Assembly: GCA_964399055.1 (NCBI GenBank)
Contig: CAYNPJ010000002.1
Location: forward strand, 116,124 to 180,123
Source: an uncultured Ignavibacteria bacterium
GTDB taxonomy: Bacteria > Zixibacteria > MSB-5A5 > DSPP01 > RBG-1
Reading direction: 5' to 3'
Length of the DNA stretch: 64,000 nucleotides
Below the pieces are notes generated by a model. The model did no database searches. It was not told the DNA's origin and saw nothing but the letters and a program-made list of their open reading frames with translations. The position numbers and the translations under genes are program-made. Positions 50,427-59,792 of the stretch are shown here, piece after piece. Each line of letters opens with the position of its first letter. The first letter of the stretch is position 1.

Positions 50427-50992
50427 GTTTGCTCCTGTTGGGTATATAAGAGAATGGAAACCAGATTGTCTCCGAATTTTCTGCGGCGCACCAATTGTAA
50501 ATTCTCCCACTCCGATTCTACTCTTTCATTTTGGTGGTGATGCACAATCACCAGGGCTTGATGGGCCAGCAATTTTCCCTCCATTAACTTTTCCAGAGTC
50601 TTCTGGCATAAATTGGCCGCAAAAGGAGGGTCGACAAATGCGATATCAAATTTCCGGTTCTCTTGGGAAAAATCAGTTAAAGTATCATTGACCTTGCGGC
50701 AGAGAACTGTGGCTTTTTCTTCCTGCTGAAGAATTTTAAGATTTTCTCTCAACAAACGGCAGGCTTTAAAGGAAGAATCCACAAAGGTTGCCTCTTCTGC
50801 ACCCCGGGAGAGCGCCTCCAGACCGAAACTGCCCGTGCCGGCAAACAAATCTAAGACCTTTTTCCCTCCAATCTCTCCGGCCAACATATTGAAGACCGAC
50901 TGCTTAAGCTGGTCTAAAGGTGGCCGAATTTTAAGCTTTCCAGGAGATTTAAGCCTTCTCCCTTTCAGGCTGCCGGTGATGATGCGCATCAC
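50423..50992 (-). CDS. rsmD: 16S rRNA (guanine966-N2)-methyltransferase RsmD
   Basis: ITGG.. RPT motif region, VLDLFAGTGSFGLEALSRGA SAM-binding, DPPF. Confidence 0.85.
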   Translation of the reverse strand: MMRIITGSLKGRRLKSPGKLKIRPPLDQLKQSVFNMLAGEIGGKKVLDLFAGTGSFGLEALSRGAEEATFVDSSFKACRLLRENLKILQQEEKATVLCRKVNDTLTDFSQENRKFDIAFVDPPFAANLCQKTLEKLMEGKLLAHQALVIVHHHQNERVESEWENLQLVRRRKFGDNLVSILLYTQQEQT

Positions 50993-51417
50993 TCTAAGAT
51001 AAGATAATCCCTGATTACCGCCAAGTTCTTCTTCCCTATCCCTTTTACCTCCAGAAGCTCCTCTACCCTGCTAAAACCCCCCTTTTCGTAGCGATAATCG
51101 ATTATTCTCTTGGCCAGGACCGGCCCGATGAAAGGAAGGTTTTGTAATTCTTCTTGAGTGGCGGTGTTGAGATTAATTTTCGCCAGTGGTTGGATGACGT
51201 TAGGATTAGAACCAGCCACGTTTTTGTTTCTCTCTGCGTTGGAAGAAGTAACCTGATTGCTATATGACTTGAATTGTTTTGAATCAGAACTCCCCCGTAG
51301 CAGTTCTGGCGCAAATTCTGGGTTGTACTTCTGGTAGCTCAGAACGCCGGTGCCTACTATCAGAGTAATGACTACAAAGAGAATGGCTCTTTTCTCAGCA
51401 GGTGTGAAAACCAACAT
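50989..51417 (-). CDS. ComEA-like helix-hairpin-helix DNA-binding protein
   Basis: N-terminal TM; C-terminal tandem HhH (INLNTATQEELQNLPFIGPVLAKRIIDYR...LEVKGIGKKNL). Confidence 0.7.
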   Translation of the reverse strand: MLVFTPAEKRAILFVVITLIVGTGVLSYQKYNPEFAPELLRGSSDSKQFKSYSNQVTSSNAERNKNVAGSNPNVIQPLAKINLNTATQEELQNLPFIGPVLAKRIIDYRYEKGGFSRVEELLEVKGIGKKNLAVIRDYLILE

Positions 51418-51429
51418 ATGCCTCTTGGC

Positions 51430-52308
51430 TCAATCGTAAAGCAGTGCCACTAAGAGTCTTCCGATTTTTTGCAGGCTCTCTGCCGAGCATTTGTCCGGTG
51501 TATCCTGGGTAGTATGCCAGTAAGGATAGTCAAAGTCAATTAGATTAGCACAGGGAATCCCTATCTGCAGTAAGGGAACGTGGTCATCGTAGACTATGGG
51601 CCCGGTAGAGTCAACCAGAAAGTCCAATTGTAATTGCTTAGCCTTATTCCATATCAGTTCAACCGTAGTTGAGGCATAGCGCTCTGAGAACTGCTCTTTG
51701 TAAATTCTCAATTCTTTATCCCCCACCATATCCAAAAGAATGGCAAATTCCGGTCGATAATTGGCGGTGCTCCTGGCAAAATATTGAGAGCCTAAGGCGT
51801 AACTTTCGGAGACCCCCTCCTGGCCCAGATCCTCCCCGTCGAAAAAGACCAGATCCACTCCGAATTTAGGCTTGTGCCGGCCAATCAATTCAGCTAAATG
51901 GAGCAGAACTGACACGCCGGAAGCACCGTCATTAGCTCCTAAAATCGGCTGGCTATGTTTAGAGCTGTCCGGGTCAAGGTCTGCCCAGGGCCGGGTATCC
52001 CAGTGGGCACACAGCAATACCCGCCGCTCTTCCTCAGGATAGAAAGTAGCCAGGATATTTTTCAGTTCCATGCTATCGTGAGTAACCGGATTCTGGACCG
52101 TGAATGATTGAACCTTTACCCGTGTGGTATGTTTAGATAGTTCTGATTGTAAGAATTCCTGGGTCTTTTTGTGACCGGCTGAACCGGGAAAACGAGGGCC
52201 AAAATCGCACTGTTTTTGCAGGAAAAAAAAGGCTCGCTCTCCTTGAAAATTTGGTTCAGGAACAGATTGACATCCCCAGGTGACAATAAAAACGACCAAG
52301 CCCAGCAC
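51430..52308 (-). CDS. M28-family glutaminyl-peptide cyclotransferase-like enzyme (glutaminyl cyclase)
   Basis: HWDTRP, GANDGASGVSVLLHLAELI, LVFFDGEDLG, ILLDMVGD, VYDDHVPLLQIGIPCANLIDFDYPYWHTTQD match animal/Bacteroidota-type QC motifs; signal peptide. Confidence 0.65.
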   Translation of the reverse strand: MLGLVVFIVTWGCQSVPEPNFQGERAFFFLQKQCDFGPRFPGSAGHKKTQEFLQSELSKHTTRVKVQSFTVQNPVTHDSMELKNILATFYPEEERRVLLCAHWDTRPWADLDPDSSKHSQPILGANDGASGVSVLLHLAELIGRHKPKFGVDLVFFDGEDLGQEGVSESYALGSQYFARSTANYRPEFAILLDMVGDKELRIYKEQFSERYASTTVELIWNKAKQLQLDFLVDSTGPIVYDDHVPLLQIGIPCANLIDFDYPYWHTTQDTPDKCSAESLQKIGRLLVALLYD

Positions 52309-52328
52309 CTTAACCGAAGCAAGCGACT

Positions 52329-55300
52329 TTAGAATTTTACCTCCACCCAGAAACCCAATTCCCGGTTGTGGGTCTTGGCTCCGGTGATCCGGTCATGCCG
52401 GTCTGACCAGCGGGCCAAAAAGCCTCCATTGATTTGAGAGGAGAAATTGTAACCCCCCCGGGGGGAAATGGATAATTCGGAACTGCTGGCGCTGAGGCTG
52501 AAATCGTCAGTGCCGCTGGCTGATTTCCTGGCGCTGGAGCGCCACCGGACGTCTAAGGAGAGGTTAAGATTAGATTGAAACTTAAGCCGGCCAAACAGAG
52601 GAATCTTTATCCCGTGCGGCGAGCTAAAACTGTAATTGGAGGCAAAAGACACCGCAGTACTATTAGTGATATAGGCAGTCCGCTTACTGACTTCGGCTCT
52701 CAGTTCCCGTCCCTCTTCTTTACCTTTGTCGACCCGGATGCTGGAGTTAATTCCATTTTTCCAGTTCAGAGTTATCCCGGCCAAGGGTGAAAAATTATTA
52801 GTCACTCCTCTTTTTTCCACCGCTCCGGTGGCTCTATTCCCCTCCTCTGAAATATCATGAGCGTAGCGGAACTCATAGGACATATTGTTGATATAGCGGT
52901 TTAAGAGGGGAGGGATTTTAACTTTGCTCCACTGCAGCGTAAATTCTGGATAACTTTGCAGGCGGCGAAAGCGCGGCTGGTTTGTGCCCTGCGTCATTCC
53001 CTGACTGTAAGTGTAGCCGAAGGTAGTACTGATTGTGCCGAATAAAATCACTCCGCTTTTGAGACCAAATCGTTCGGTAATGTTCGACCCCTCCACATAG
53101 GACTGGAGCGGGTCGATGTCTGATAGCCGCAAAACGTCGGTCTGGGTCTGAAAACCTAGACGGTACCACAAAGAGGGACGCTCCAACAGCCCGGGCCGGT
53201 TGAAACTGCGGTCTTTGGAGTAATTGTAGACCAAGGGGCTTATGTTTTTGGGTATGGAGGCCAACTCCTTGAAAAAGATTTTTATTAAACCGGGTTTCTG
53301 TGGAGTTGCTTTCTTCTGAGTCGTGTCGCTGGCAACCTGGCTCTTGGTTGTATCGCTGGGGGGCTTAGTTTTAGTCGTATCGCTGGAAGATTTCTGAGGG
53401 GAACCGGGCTTGGGCAGAAGTTTTTGGAATATGTAGGATAAATTGAAGCTGCCGTTTACCGCATAGCCGCTGGAATTGGTGACATTGCGGGCACCTCGGC
53501 TGACCTGGTTGCGGTCGGCGTTTTCGCTGTAGCTGGCCTTATATGAAAAACTCTGGGTCATGAATTTGAACCAGTTAGGGCTGTAACTGGTGTTAAAGCT
53601 CTCTCTCATGCCGGTCTCAAATCCGAATTTGGCTTTTTTTGGGTTCAAGGAAAATTTGATGTCAGAATCATTTCTGAGGTCGCGGGTGGTGCTGTAATTG
53701 TAATTCAGGGGAATGCCGGGGACTAAATCCATCTGGGCGCCTATCCCCCCGCTGAAGCCGCGGGTAAAGTTATCCGTGACTACGCCGGCACTCGTAACCG
53801 AGTAAACCTTGCTGCCGGATAAGCCTCCTGAAAAGGTGAGGGTCTTGGGGAATATGCCGAATTTGGTATCGGCTAATTTCTTGGGCACTCCTAAGGCACC
53901 GACCCACTTGAAAAAGGGAATCCCCAACTGCTTCCCCGGAGAAGCATTGTAGGCAAAGCTAGTGCTGTAGCTGCTCTTACGATTAATTGGCACGCTTAAT
54001 GAGTAGCTTTTTTCATCGTTCCAGGAATAGGAAATGCTGCCCCGCTTTAAGGTCAGATTATATAGCCAGTTTTTGGTATTCTTGTTAAATCTAGGTGCAA
54101 TGGAAAACCCCCGGCGGGTGGATTCGGTTCGATAGACCTGACGCTGGTCTTCCGGCAGTACAATATCAGAACCTGTGACTAAACGGGGAATGGTCAAGCT
54201 CCGGCTGTAATTGAAACTAATGGGTAGGCTCATCTCCCAGCTGGGAGGCAAAAACCTATGGGCTTGTAGACTGCCGCTTAATCCAAAGGCTGTGGAAGTC
54301 GCGCCTGAGGCTCTGGCAGTCAGATTATGGAACTCACTGTCAATCCGGGTAAGGTTAGTATTTAGAGTTAAGACATCCGCAAAAACAAAATTGGCCTTCG
54401 CCTCAGTAGCCCAGCCCGGCTTTTTACGGACATCCGTGGAGGTCATCTCGTCCACCCAGATTTCTCCGGAAAGACTCTGCAGACTGTCTGTATTCTGGAT
54501 GCCGACCGCCAGCCATTGAACCCTTGAAAAACTGGGATTTCCTTTGACTCGATAATTGCCCTCACTGTATTCATTCAGACTGGTGCTATCCTTCTTGAGC
54601 TCCTGCAGAGTCAGCTTCAGAGCCGAGGCAGCGGCAAAATCTAATTCCACCCAGTTACGCTCGTCCCATAACGGATAAATGTTAGTATGATACTCGTAGA
54701 AATTAAGAGAGTCATTGCCAATTCGATAGAAAAATCGAACCGGGCCTGGATTGTCAGGCCCATGCACAAACATCTTAATCTTGCCATAGTAGGTGTAGTC
54801 CTCGGCCTTATAAAAGGTACGATAGGCGTACAGACTTTTTCCGGGGGAGATATTTTCATAGATTATCGCCAGGGATTGCTCGGCCTCTCTGACATTCTGG
54901 TCCGGGTCATAATTTCCGGCTATGCCGGGCGGAGGGACATAATCCGGATGTTCGTAGGTGTTCTTGGTGGCTACGTCAAAGGATTCGCCAAGGGCCAAAG
55001 AATCCGAAGGTTGCGTCTCCCATCTGTTCCCTACCAATCTAATCTCGGCGATAGAGATGGTGGTGGTGCTGTCCACTCCAGTCACCCAGATTCTGGCATA
55101 ATCGATAAAATCCCAGTTTGAGTTTCCGACTGTGCTGTAGTTAAGACTATCTTTCAGAGGAACCCGATACAATCTCCAGCCATTATTTTCGGTGCCGGGG
55201 ACAAAATAAGTAGAATCATCCAAATCGACTGCGAACGCGAAGTAATCGTTAATCACATCCACGCTCTGATTGCGGTTCAAATCTTCAGTGTCCGGGATAT

Positions 55301-58300
55301 AGCCCCGGTCCGGGTCATTGGCGTTCCTTTCGGTCCCGTTGATATGGCTGTAGTCATCCGGGTTGTTGGAGTCATAAAACCAGTTGTCTCCGTTAGGGTC
55401 TGGGTTAGTCACCAGGTCATAGCCCTCTTCTTCGTAATCCCATTTTCCGTCAATGCCTTTATCCTCTTCTTCTTCTAAAACTCCGTTGTAACGTCCGCCT
55501 CTTAGGCTGTCTTCAGTATTAAGTTTTCCATCTGCATTGGCGTCCTCTGATATCCGGCCTAAGTCGACATGCAGAACCGGGTTATTCTTATTTTTATTAA
55601 TTTGCACCCAGATTTCTAAATATTTGCTTCTGCTCTGCTTTTCAGTGCCTGGTAGCATGGCCCGCATTACCCCTCCCCAAGAAGAAGAGCGCGGGCCTGG
55701 AAGACTATCCGGAGTAAACCTGAGGCTTAAGACATTGACTCTTTCCTCGCTGCGGCCGGCCTCCCGATTGGGCCAGATTTCTTTGATTGGTATCTGGTTG
55801 TAGGGATTGAACCAGATAAGCTTCCCCCGACTGGCAGTATCAAGACCGGCCGGGGGAGAGGAAAACGTCCAGGTGGCACGCCGCACCCCCAGGTCTGTGT
55901 ACGTCGCCACGCCCTCAAAGTCATCCATATATATTTTATTGCGGGTATTTGGATCGGAAAGACTCTGAGCTATTTCTCCGGCAAACGTAAGCCGGGAGGG
56001 TGCGGAAGTGGAGACCATCGGCAGGGCATCAATCAAGCTGGTCATCCATTTCGGCTCGAATTGGCTCTGTAAGTTCACGTCCCACACAAAAGTGCGATTG
56101 GGCTCGTTTCCGATGCGGGGCCGGCTCTCATTGGGCTTGACGCTTTTGTAAAGGGCATTGAAGCGCAGGGTCAGCTGTTTGCTGAAGGCTTTCTCCCCCT
56201 GAATGCCGTACAGGCTCTTTTTCTGGGACTGGATAAAATCCAAAGATTGATAATCGACAGTGATTTCAGCATTGGGGTCTTGGGCCGCCTCAGTTAGGAA
56301 GGTAATCTCTCCAAATTCGTAATTTATGTTGTAATCCGTTCCCGCTCTTAAAACTTGGCCATTTAATTTGACCACTTCCGACCCCTCTAAAATCGCCTGA
56401 CTCCCCAGACTATAGGTGGTTTTCCTCTGGGTGGTGTGAAAATAGATGTAATAAGTCGTGGCCGCTCTGATATGGTCAATATCGTGGGAATAGTAAATGG
56501 AATCAGGCTTAATCTGAAGAGTATCAGCCAGGTTGCCGGTGTAGCTGGTATCGGATATGAAGGGGAGTCGTTCTGGAAACACCAGGTACCCGTCGTGGAG
56601 CAAAATCCGGGTCAAATCGACTTTGTTGTCCGGGACACTATCGCCGCTCAAGTCTATGGCATCCAATCCGGTGATGCGGATAAAGGGGATACTGTCCTGG
56701 CTGTTTCTATCCAACTGTATGTCCTCTGCCCCTTCCGGCCCTTTGTAAATGTCGATGGTCAGCGCTTCCGGGTCGATGTCTTCAATTCCCAAATTATACA
56801 CGTTTTTCCACTCATAGTCCCAGGTGACAAAAGGATGGGTCGGGTCAGCTGCATTATTGTAGGTGGGTTTCTCCATCTTCAGCAGCTTCAACAAATAGGC
56901 CACCAGCGAATCTTCGAAATCTTTGTAGGTGGTATCCAAGTTTCCTATTGTATCAATTAGCCCGTCTGCCCGTTTCACTTCCATGTAGGCTGCCAGGACA
57001 TCCAGTTGTGACAATTGACGATTCAATTTTATCCAATATTGTTTGGGTGAAAGAAAATAGTCTCGGTCGGGAATCAGTCTGCGAAATTTTTTCTTTGCCC
57101 ATTCACCCCTCCGGTAATCCGGCGTAGCGGTATCTGCATCCTGAAAACTGTCCATAAAAATTTTCGGGTCAACCACGGCACGGCCCCACTTTAGGGTGTC
57201 ATCGCTGTAACTATTCTGTAAGTACTCATCCGCCACATACAGGTCAAGGAAGATGATAGAATCACCGGCGAAAAAATCACTGGTGTCGTGGCCGAAGTTT
57301 TTGCTTCTGCCCAAGTAATAGAAAGTCCGGGGAAGATATTGATAGTCCCGGATGGTGTCGCTCAAAGCCTCTGCCCCGGCCCGAAAAGTGGAGACATTGC
57401 TGGCTCCCTTTTCCTGGCTCATGATCATGGTCAGATCCAAGCCTCCTAACCTGGCCGTGCTCTTGAAACCGAACAGCCCCTGCAGACTCTGGCTGTAGCC
57501 CACGAAGCGCGCCCCTCCAATAGAAAGATTAGTGTTCCCGGCCTCAATGGTCTGGATAATTTCCTCAGGTTCGCCGTTGTAACGGAGCTGAATGTTGTTC
57601 TCCAAATCATTCAGGCGCTTGGAGTCCTGGTCTACCTTTACCGTGATTTTGCTGCCTATGTTCCCGTCGATGGTGAAGCGTGAAGTTTGCTTCATATCCA
57701 GGGAGGGGAATTTGGACTGCCGACTGGTGGCGGTACTCCTCTGGCCGGAGATCCAGGTGCTCTTGCCCGAGAACTCTATTCTACGATAGCCGGTGACTTT
57801 CAAACCCGGACCTCCCTCCCCTATGATGCTTTTAATTAATTTAGGGAACTTGATGGGAATCTCATACTGGAGCAGGCTTCCTTTCTTGGTATCTGCCAGA
57901 CGTGTTTTGGTAATTTCCTGATTGCGGCTCAGCCAGAGATTCTCCAACTGCTCTCCCCTGGAAACGGCCAAATAGTCTCCCAAACCTAACCAGGCCGGTG
58001 CAGCCACCTCCTGAGTGCCGCTAATGGTTTCGATTCTTACTGAGGTGTGATTCTCGTCGGTCTGAATTACTCTTGAGGCAAACGCCTTCACCCTTAGCAA
58101 CGGAATGGAATCTCTTACGATACTCAACCCGGGATAAGGAGGTAGGAACTCATAGTTTATGCTGGTGGAAATGGAGGAGTTCAACGCAAGTGTTAACTCC
58201 GCTGCAGCTGAACCAAAGGACAAGCAATAGAAAACCGCCGTAAGGCAGATTTTAAATTTTGTCAAAGTCAGACTTGCTCCGCACCTGCCCGGGCGGGTAT

Positions 58301-58313
58301 TTGCATTCTTCAA
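52329..58313 (-). CDS. giant outer-membrane protein, SprA/Sov-like T9SS translocon candidate
   Basis: 1994-aa secreted beta-rich protein (Y/N/S/T/G-rich alternating pattern), size class and T9SS context (QC downstream, PorV/PorQ and CTD cargo elsewhere) fit SprA; not verified by motif. Confidence 0.55.
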   Translation of the reverse strand: MKNANTRPGRCGASLTLTKFKICLTAVFYCLSFGSAAAELTLALNSSISTSINYEFLPPYPGLSIVRDSIPLLRVKAFASRVIQTDENHTSVRIETISGTQEVAAPAWLGLGDYLAVSRGEQLENLWLSRNQEITKTRLADTKKGSLLQYEIPIKFPKLIKSIIGEGGPGLKVTGYRRIEFSGKSTWISGQRSTATSRQSKFPSLDMKQTSRFTIDGNIGSKITVKVDQDSKRLNDLENNIQLRYNGEPEEIIQTIEAGNTNLSIGGARFVGYSQSLQGLFGFKSTARLGGLDLTMIMSQEKGASNVSTFRAGAEALSDTIRDYQYLPRTFYYLGRSKNFGHDTSDFFAGDSIIFLDLYVADEYLQNSYSDDTLKWGRAVVDPKIFMDSFQDADTATPDYRRGEWAKKKFRRLIPDRDYFLSPKQYWIKLNRQLSQLDVLAAYMEVKRADGLIDTIGNLDTTYKDFEDSLVAYLLKLLKMEKPTYNNAADPTHPFVTWDYEWKNVYNLGIEDIDPEALTIDIYKGPEGAEDIQLDRNSQDSIPFIRITGLDAIDLSGDSVPDNKVDLTRILLHDGYLVFPERLPFISDTSYTGNLADTLQIKPDSIYYSHDIDHIRAATTYYIYFHTTQRKTTYSLGSQAILEGSEVVKLNGQVLRAGTDYNINYEFGEITFLTEAAQDPNAEITVDYQSLDFIQSQKKSLYGIQGEKAFSKQLTLRFNALYKSVKPNESRPRIGNEPNRTFVWDVNLQSQFEPKWMTSLIDALPMVSTSAPSRLTFAGEIAQSLSDPNTRNKIYMDDFEGVATYTDLGVRRATWTFSSPPAGLDTASRGKLIWFNPYNQIPIKEIWPNREAGRSEERVNVLSLRFTPDSLPGPRSSSWGGVMRAMLPGTEKQSRSKYLEIWVQINKNKNNPVLHVDLGRISEDANADGKLNTEDSLRGGRYNGVLEEEEDKGIDGKWDYEEEGYDLVTNPDPNGDNWFYDSNNPDDYSHINGTERNANDPDRGYIPDTEDLNRNQSVDVINDYFAFAVDLDDSTYFVPGTENNGWRLYRVPLKDSLNYSTVGNSNWDFIDYARIWVTGVDSTTTISIAEIRLVGNRWETQPSDSLALGESFDVATKNTYEHPDYVPPPGIAGNYDPDQNVREAEQSLAIIYENISPGKSLYAYRTFYKAEDYTYYGKIKMFVHGPDNPGPVRFFYRIGNDSLNFYEYHTNIYPLWDERNWVELDFAAASALKLTLQELKKDSTSLNEYSEGNYRVKGNPSFSRVQWLAVGIQNTDSLQSLSGEIWVDEMTSTDVRKKPGWATEAKANFVFADVLTLNTNLTRIDSEFHNLTARASGATSTAFGLSGSLQAHRFLPPSWEMSLPISFNYSRSLTIPRLVTGSDIVLPEDQRQVYRTESTRRGFSIAPRFNKNTKNWLYNLTLKRGSISYSWNDEKSYSLSVPINRKSSYSTSFAYNASPGKQLGIPFFKWVGALGVPKKLADTKFGIFPKTLTFSGGLSGSKVYSVTSAGVVTDNFTRGFSGGIGAQMDLVPGIPLNYNYSTTRDLRNDSDIKFSLNPKKAKFGFETGMRESFNTSYSPNWFKFMTQSFSYKASYSENADRNQVSRGARNVTNSSGYAVNGSFNLSYIFQKLLPKPGSPQKSSSDTTKTKPPSDTTKSQVASDTTQKKATPQKPGLIKIFFKELASIPKNISPLVYNYSKDRSFNRPGLLERPSLWYRLGFQTQTDVLRLSDIDPLQSYVEGSNITERFGLKSGVILFGTISTTFGYTYSQGMTQGTNQPRFRRLQSYPEFTLQWSKVKIPPLLNRYINNMSYEFRYAHDISEEGNRATGAVEKRGVTNNFSPLAGITLNWKNGINSSIRVDKGKEEGRELRAEVSKRTAYITNSTAVSFASNYSFSSPHGIKIPLFGRLKFQSNLNLSLDVRWRSSARKSASGTDDFSLSASSSELSISPRGGYNFSSQINGGFLARWSDRHDRITGAKTHNRELGFWVEVKF

Positions 58314-58364
58314 AATTTACTGCTCCTGTCTTACTCCTTATCTATTCGCCGTCTTTTCCTCCTT

Positions 58365-59324
58365 TCAGTTTTCAATGCCCTGCTCTCCTAAAAAGCGTAC
58401 TTCTTCTTCTAATTCTATCCCGAATTTGGACTTGACCCTTTCTTTCATAATACGGGTAATCTTCCACACCTGACTGGCCTTTGCCTGACCTAAATTAACT
58501 ACGATATTGGCGTGCTTATGGTAAACCGAGGCATCTCCCAAATGCAGCTCTTTGGCCTCGATCTGCTCCAATAACATGCCGGCCGGAATGACCTTTTCTC
58601 CATTTCTGATATTTTTGAAGAAACAACCAGCCGAGCCTTCCTGGGTGGGGTGTTTAGTCTGGCGTAATTGCTCGATTTCCTCCATCTTGGCCCGGATTTG
58701 TTCCTTATGGCCGGGTGATAAATTGAGAGTACAGGACAAAACCACTTCTCGGTTCTTCTTCAGTCTGCTCCCCCGGTAAGCAAATTCAAAATAGCCATTA
58801 TCCACCACTCTTAACTCTCCCTTAGGAGTAAATATCACCGCCGATTCCACAATCTCCGCTATTGAACGCCCGAAAGCACCAGCATTGCCGTATATTGCGC
58901 CGCCTAAGGAGCCTCTTATGCCGGTTAAGCACTCCATCCCGCTTAAAGAGTTCTCTAAGGCCAGGTTACACACTTTTTGTAATTCAATTCCGGTCTCCGC
59001 GGTAATCTTGCTACCGTTGACTTCCATATCCTCACATTCGTTTCTGATAATCAGGCCGCGAAATCCCCGGTCATTGATTAAAAGGTTGCTGCCCCCGGCT
59101 AGAACGAAATAATTTATGCCTATCTCTTCGGCGGTCAGAATGGCGTTGCAAAGTTGCGAGGAAGTTCTGGCCGGGTAGAAGTAATCTGCTGGCCCACCGA
59201 TTCTGAAAGTAGTGTAAGGAGCCAGGATTTCATCTCTCTTCAGAGATTCACCTAATAGTTCCTGCAATTTATAAAACTCCTGCGCTGGCTTTGAAACTTG
59301 TCTTCTGGCCTGGGTCAAGGGCAT
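58365..59324 (-). CDS. murB: UDP-N-acetylenolpyruvoylglucosamine reductase
   Basis: FAD-binding PCMH domain (TTFRIGGPADYF, AGGSNLL), MurB C-terminal domain. Confidence 0.9.
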   Translation of the reverse strand: MPLTQARRQVSKPAQEFYKLQELLGESLKRDEILAPYTTFRIGGPADYFYPARTSSQLCNAILTAEEIGINYFVLAGGSNLLINDRGFRGLIIRNECEDMEVNGSKITAETGIELQKVCNLALENSLSGMECLTGIRGSLGGAIYGNAGAFGRSIAEIVESAVIFTPKGELRVVDNGYFEFAYRGSRLKKNREVVLSCTLNLSPGHKEQIRAKMEEIEQLRQTKHPTQEGSAGCFFKNIRNGEKVIPAGMLLEQIEAKELHLGDASVYHKHANIVVNLGQAKASQVWKITRIMKERVKSKFGIELEEEVRFLGEQGIEN

Positions 59325-59468
59325 ACTACCTTATATAATTTAGGTTAGAACCCTGTAAAAGCAAGCGAAATTCTAAGGTTTTCACCGTTCCTATCTTATC
59401 TATCGGTCAAAAATTGAACAGATTCCAGGGGGTATGTCGGGCAATCAGGTCAGCCGTGGGCATTCAAG

Positions 59469-59780
59469 TTATTGAGACCCAGTTTCAGTAGAAGGACTGT
59501 TTTGTGAATTCGGAGCAACCTTTGGCTTATTGACCTCTTCCACATAATTCAGGCGCAGTTGCGATAAAACTCCCTCTAAATACCTCTGCTCCTCTGAGGT
59601 TAAATTCCCCTTGGTTTTCTCCTCTATCATCCCTAATATATCAATCGAGAATTTGGCCTGCTCCAAATTCTGCTCGGTTTTTCCGGTCAAGGGATTAATC
59701 AGCTTGCCCAACTGCTGCAAGGCAGCTGTCTCCAGCATCAGAATAAGCTGGTAGAAATAACCCGGCTCTCTTTGTTCCAT
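59469..59780 (-). CDS. small conserved hypothetical protein (DUF1844-like)
   Basis: 103 aa helical protein; resemblance to DUF1844 family from memory only. Confidence 0.4.
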   Translation of the reverse strand: MEQREPGYFYQLILMLETAALQQLGKLINPLTGKTEQNLEQAKFSIDILGMIEEKTKGNLTSEEQRYLEGVLSQLRLNYVEEVNKPKVAPNSQNSPSTETGSQ

Positions 59781-59792
59781 CTTGCTTCTCTT

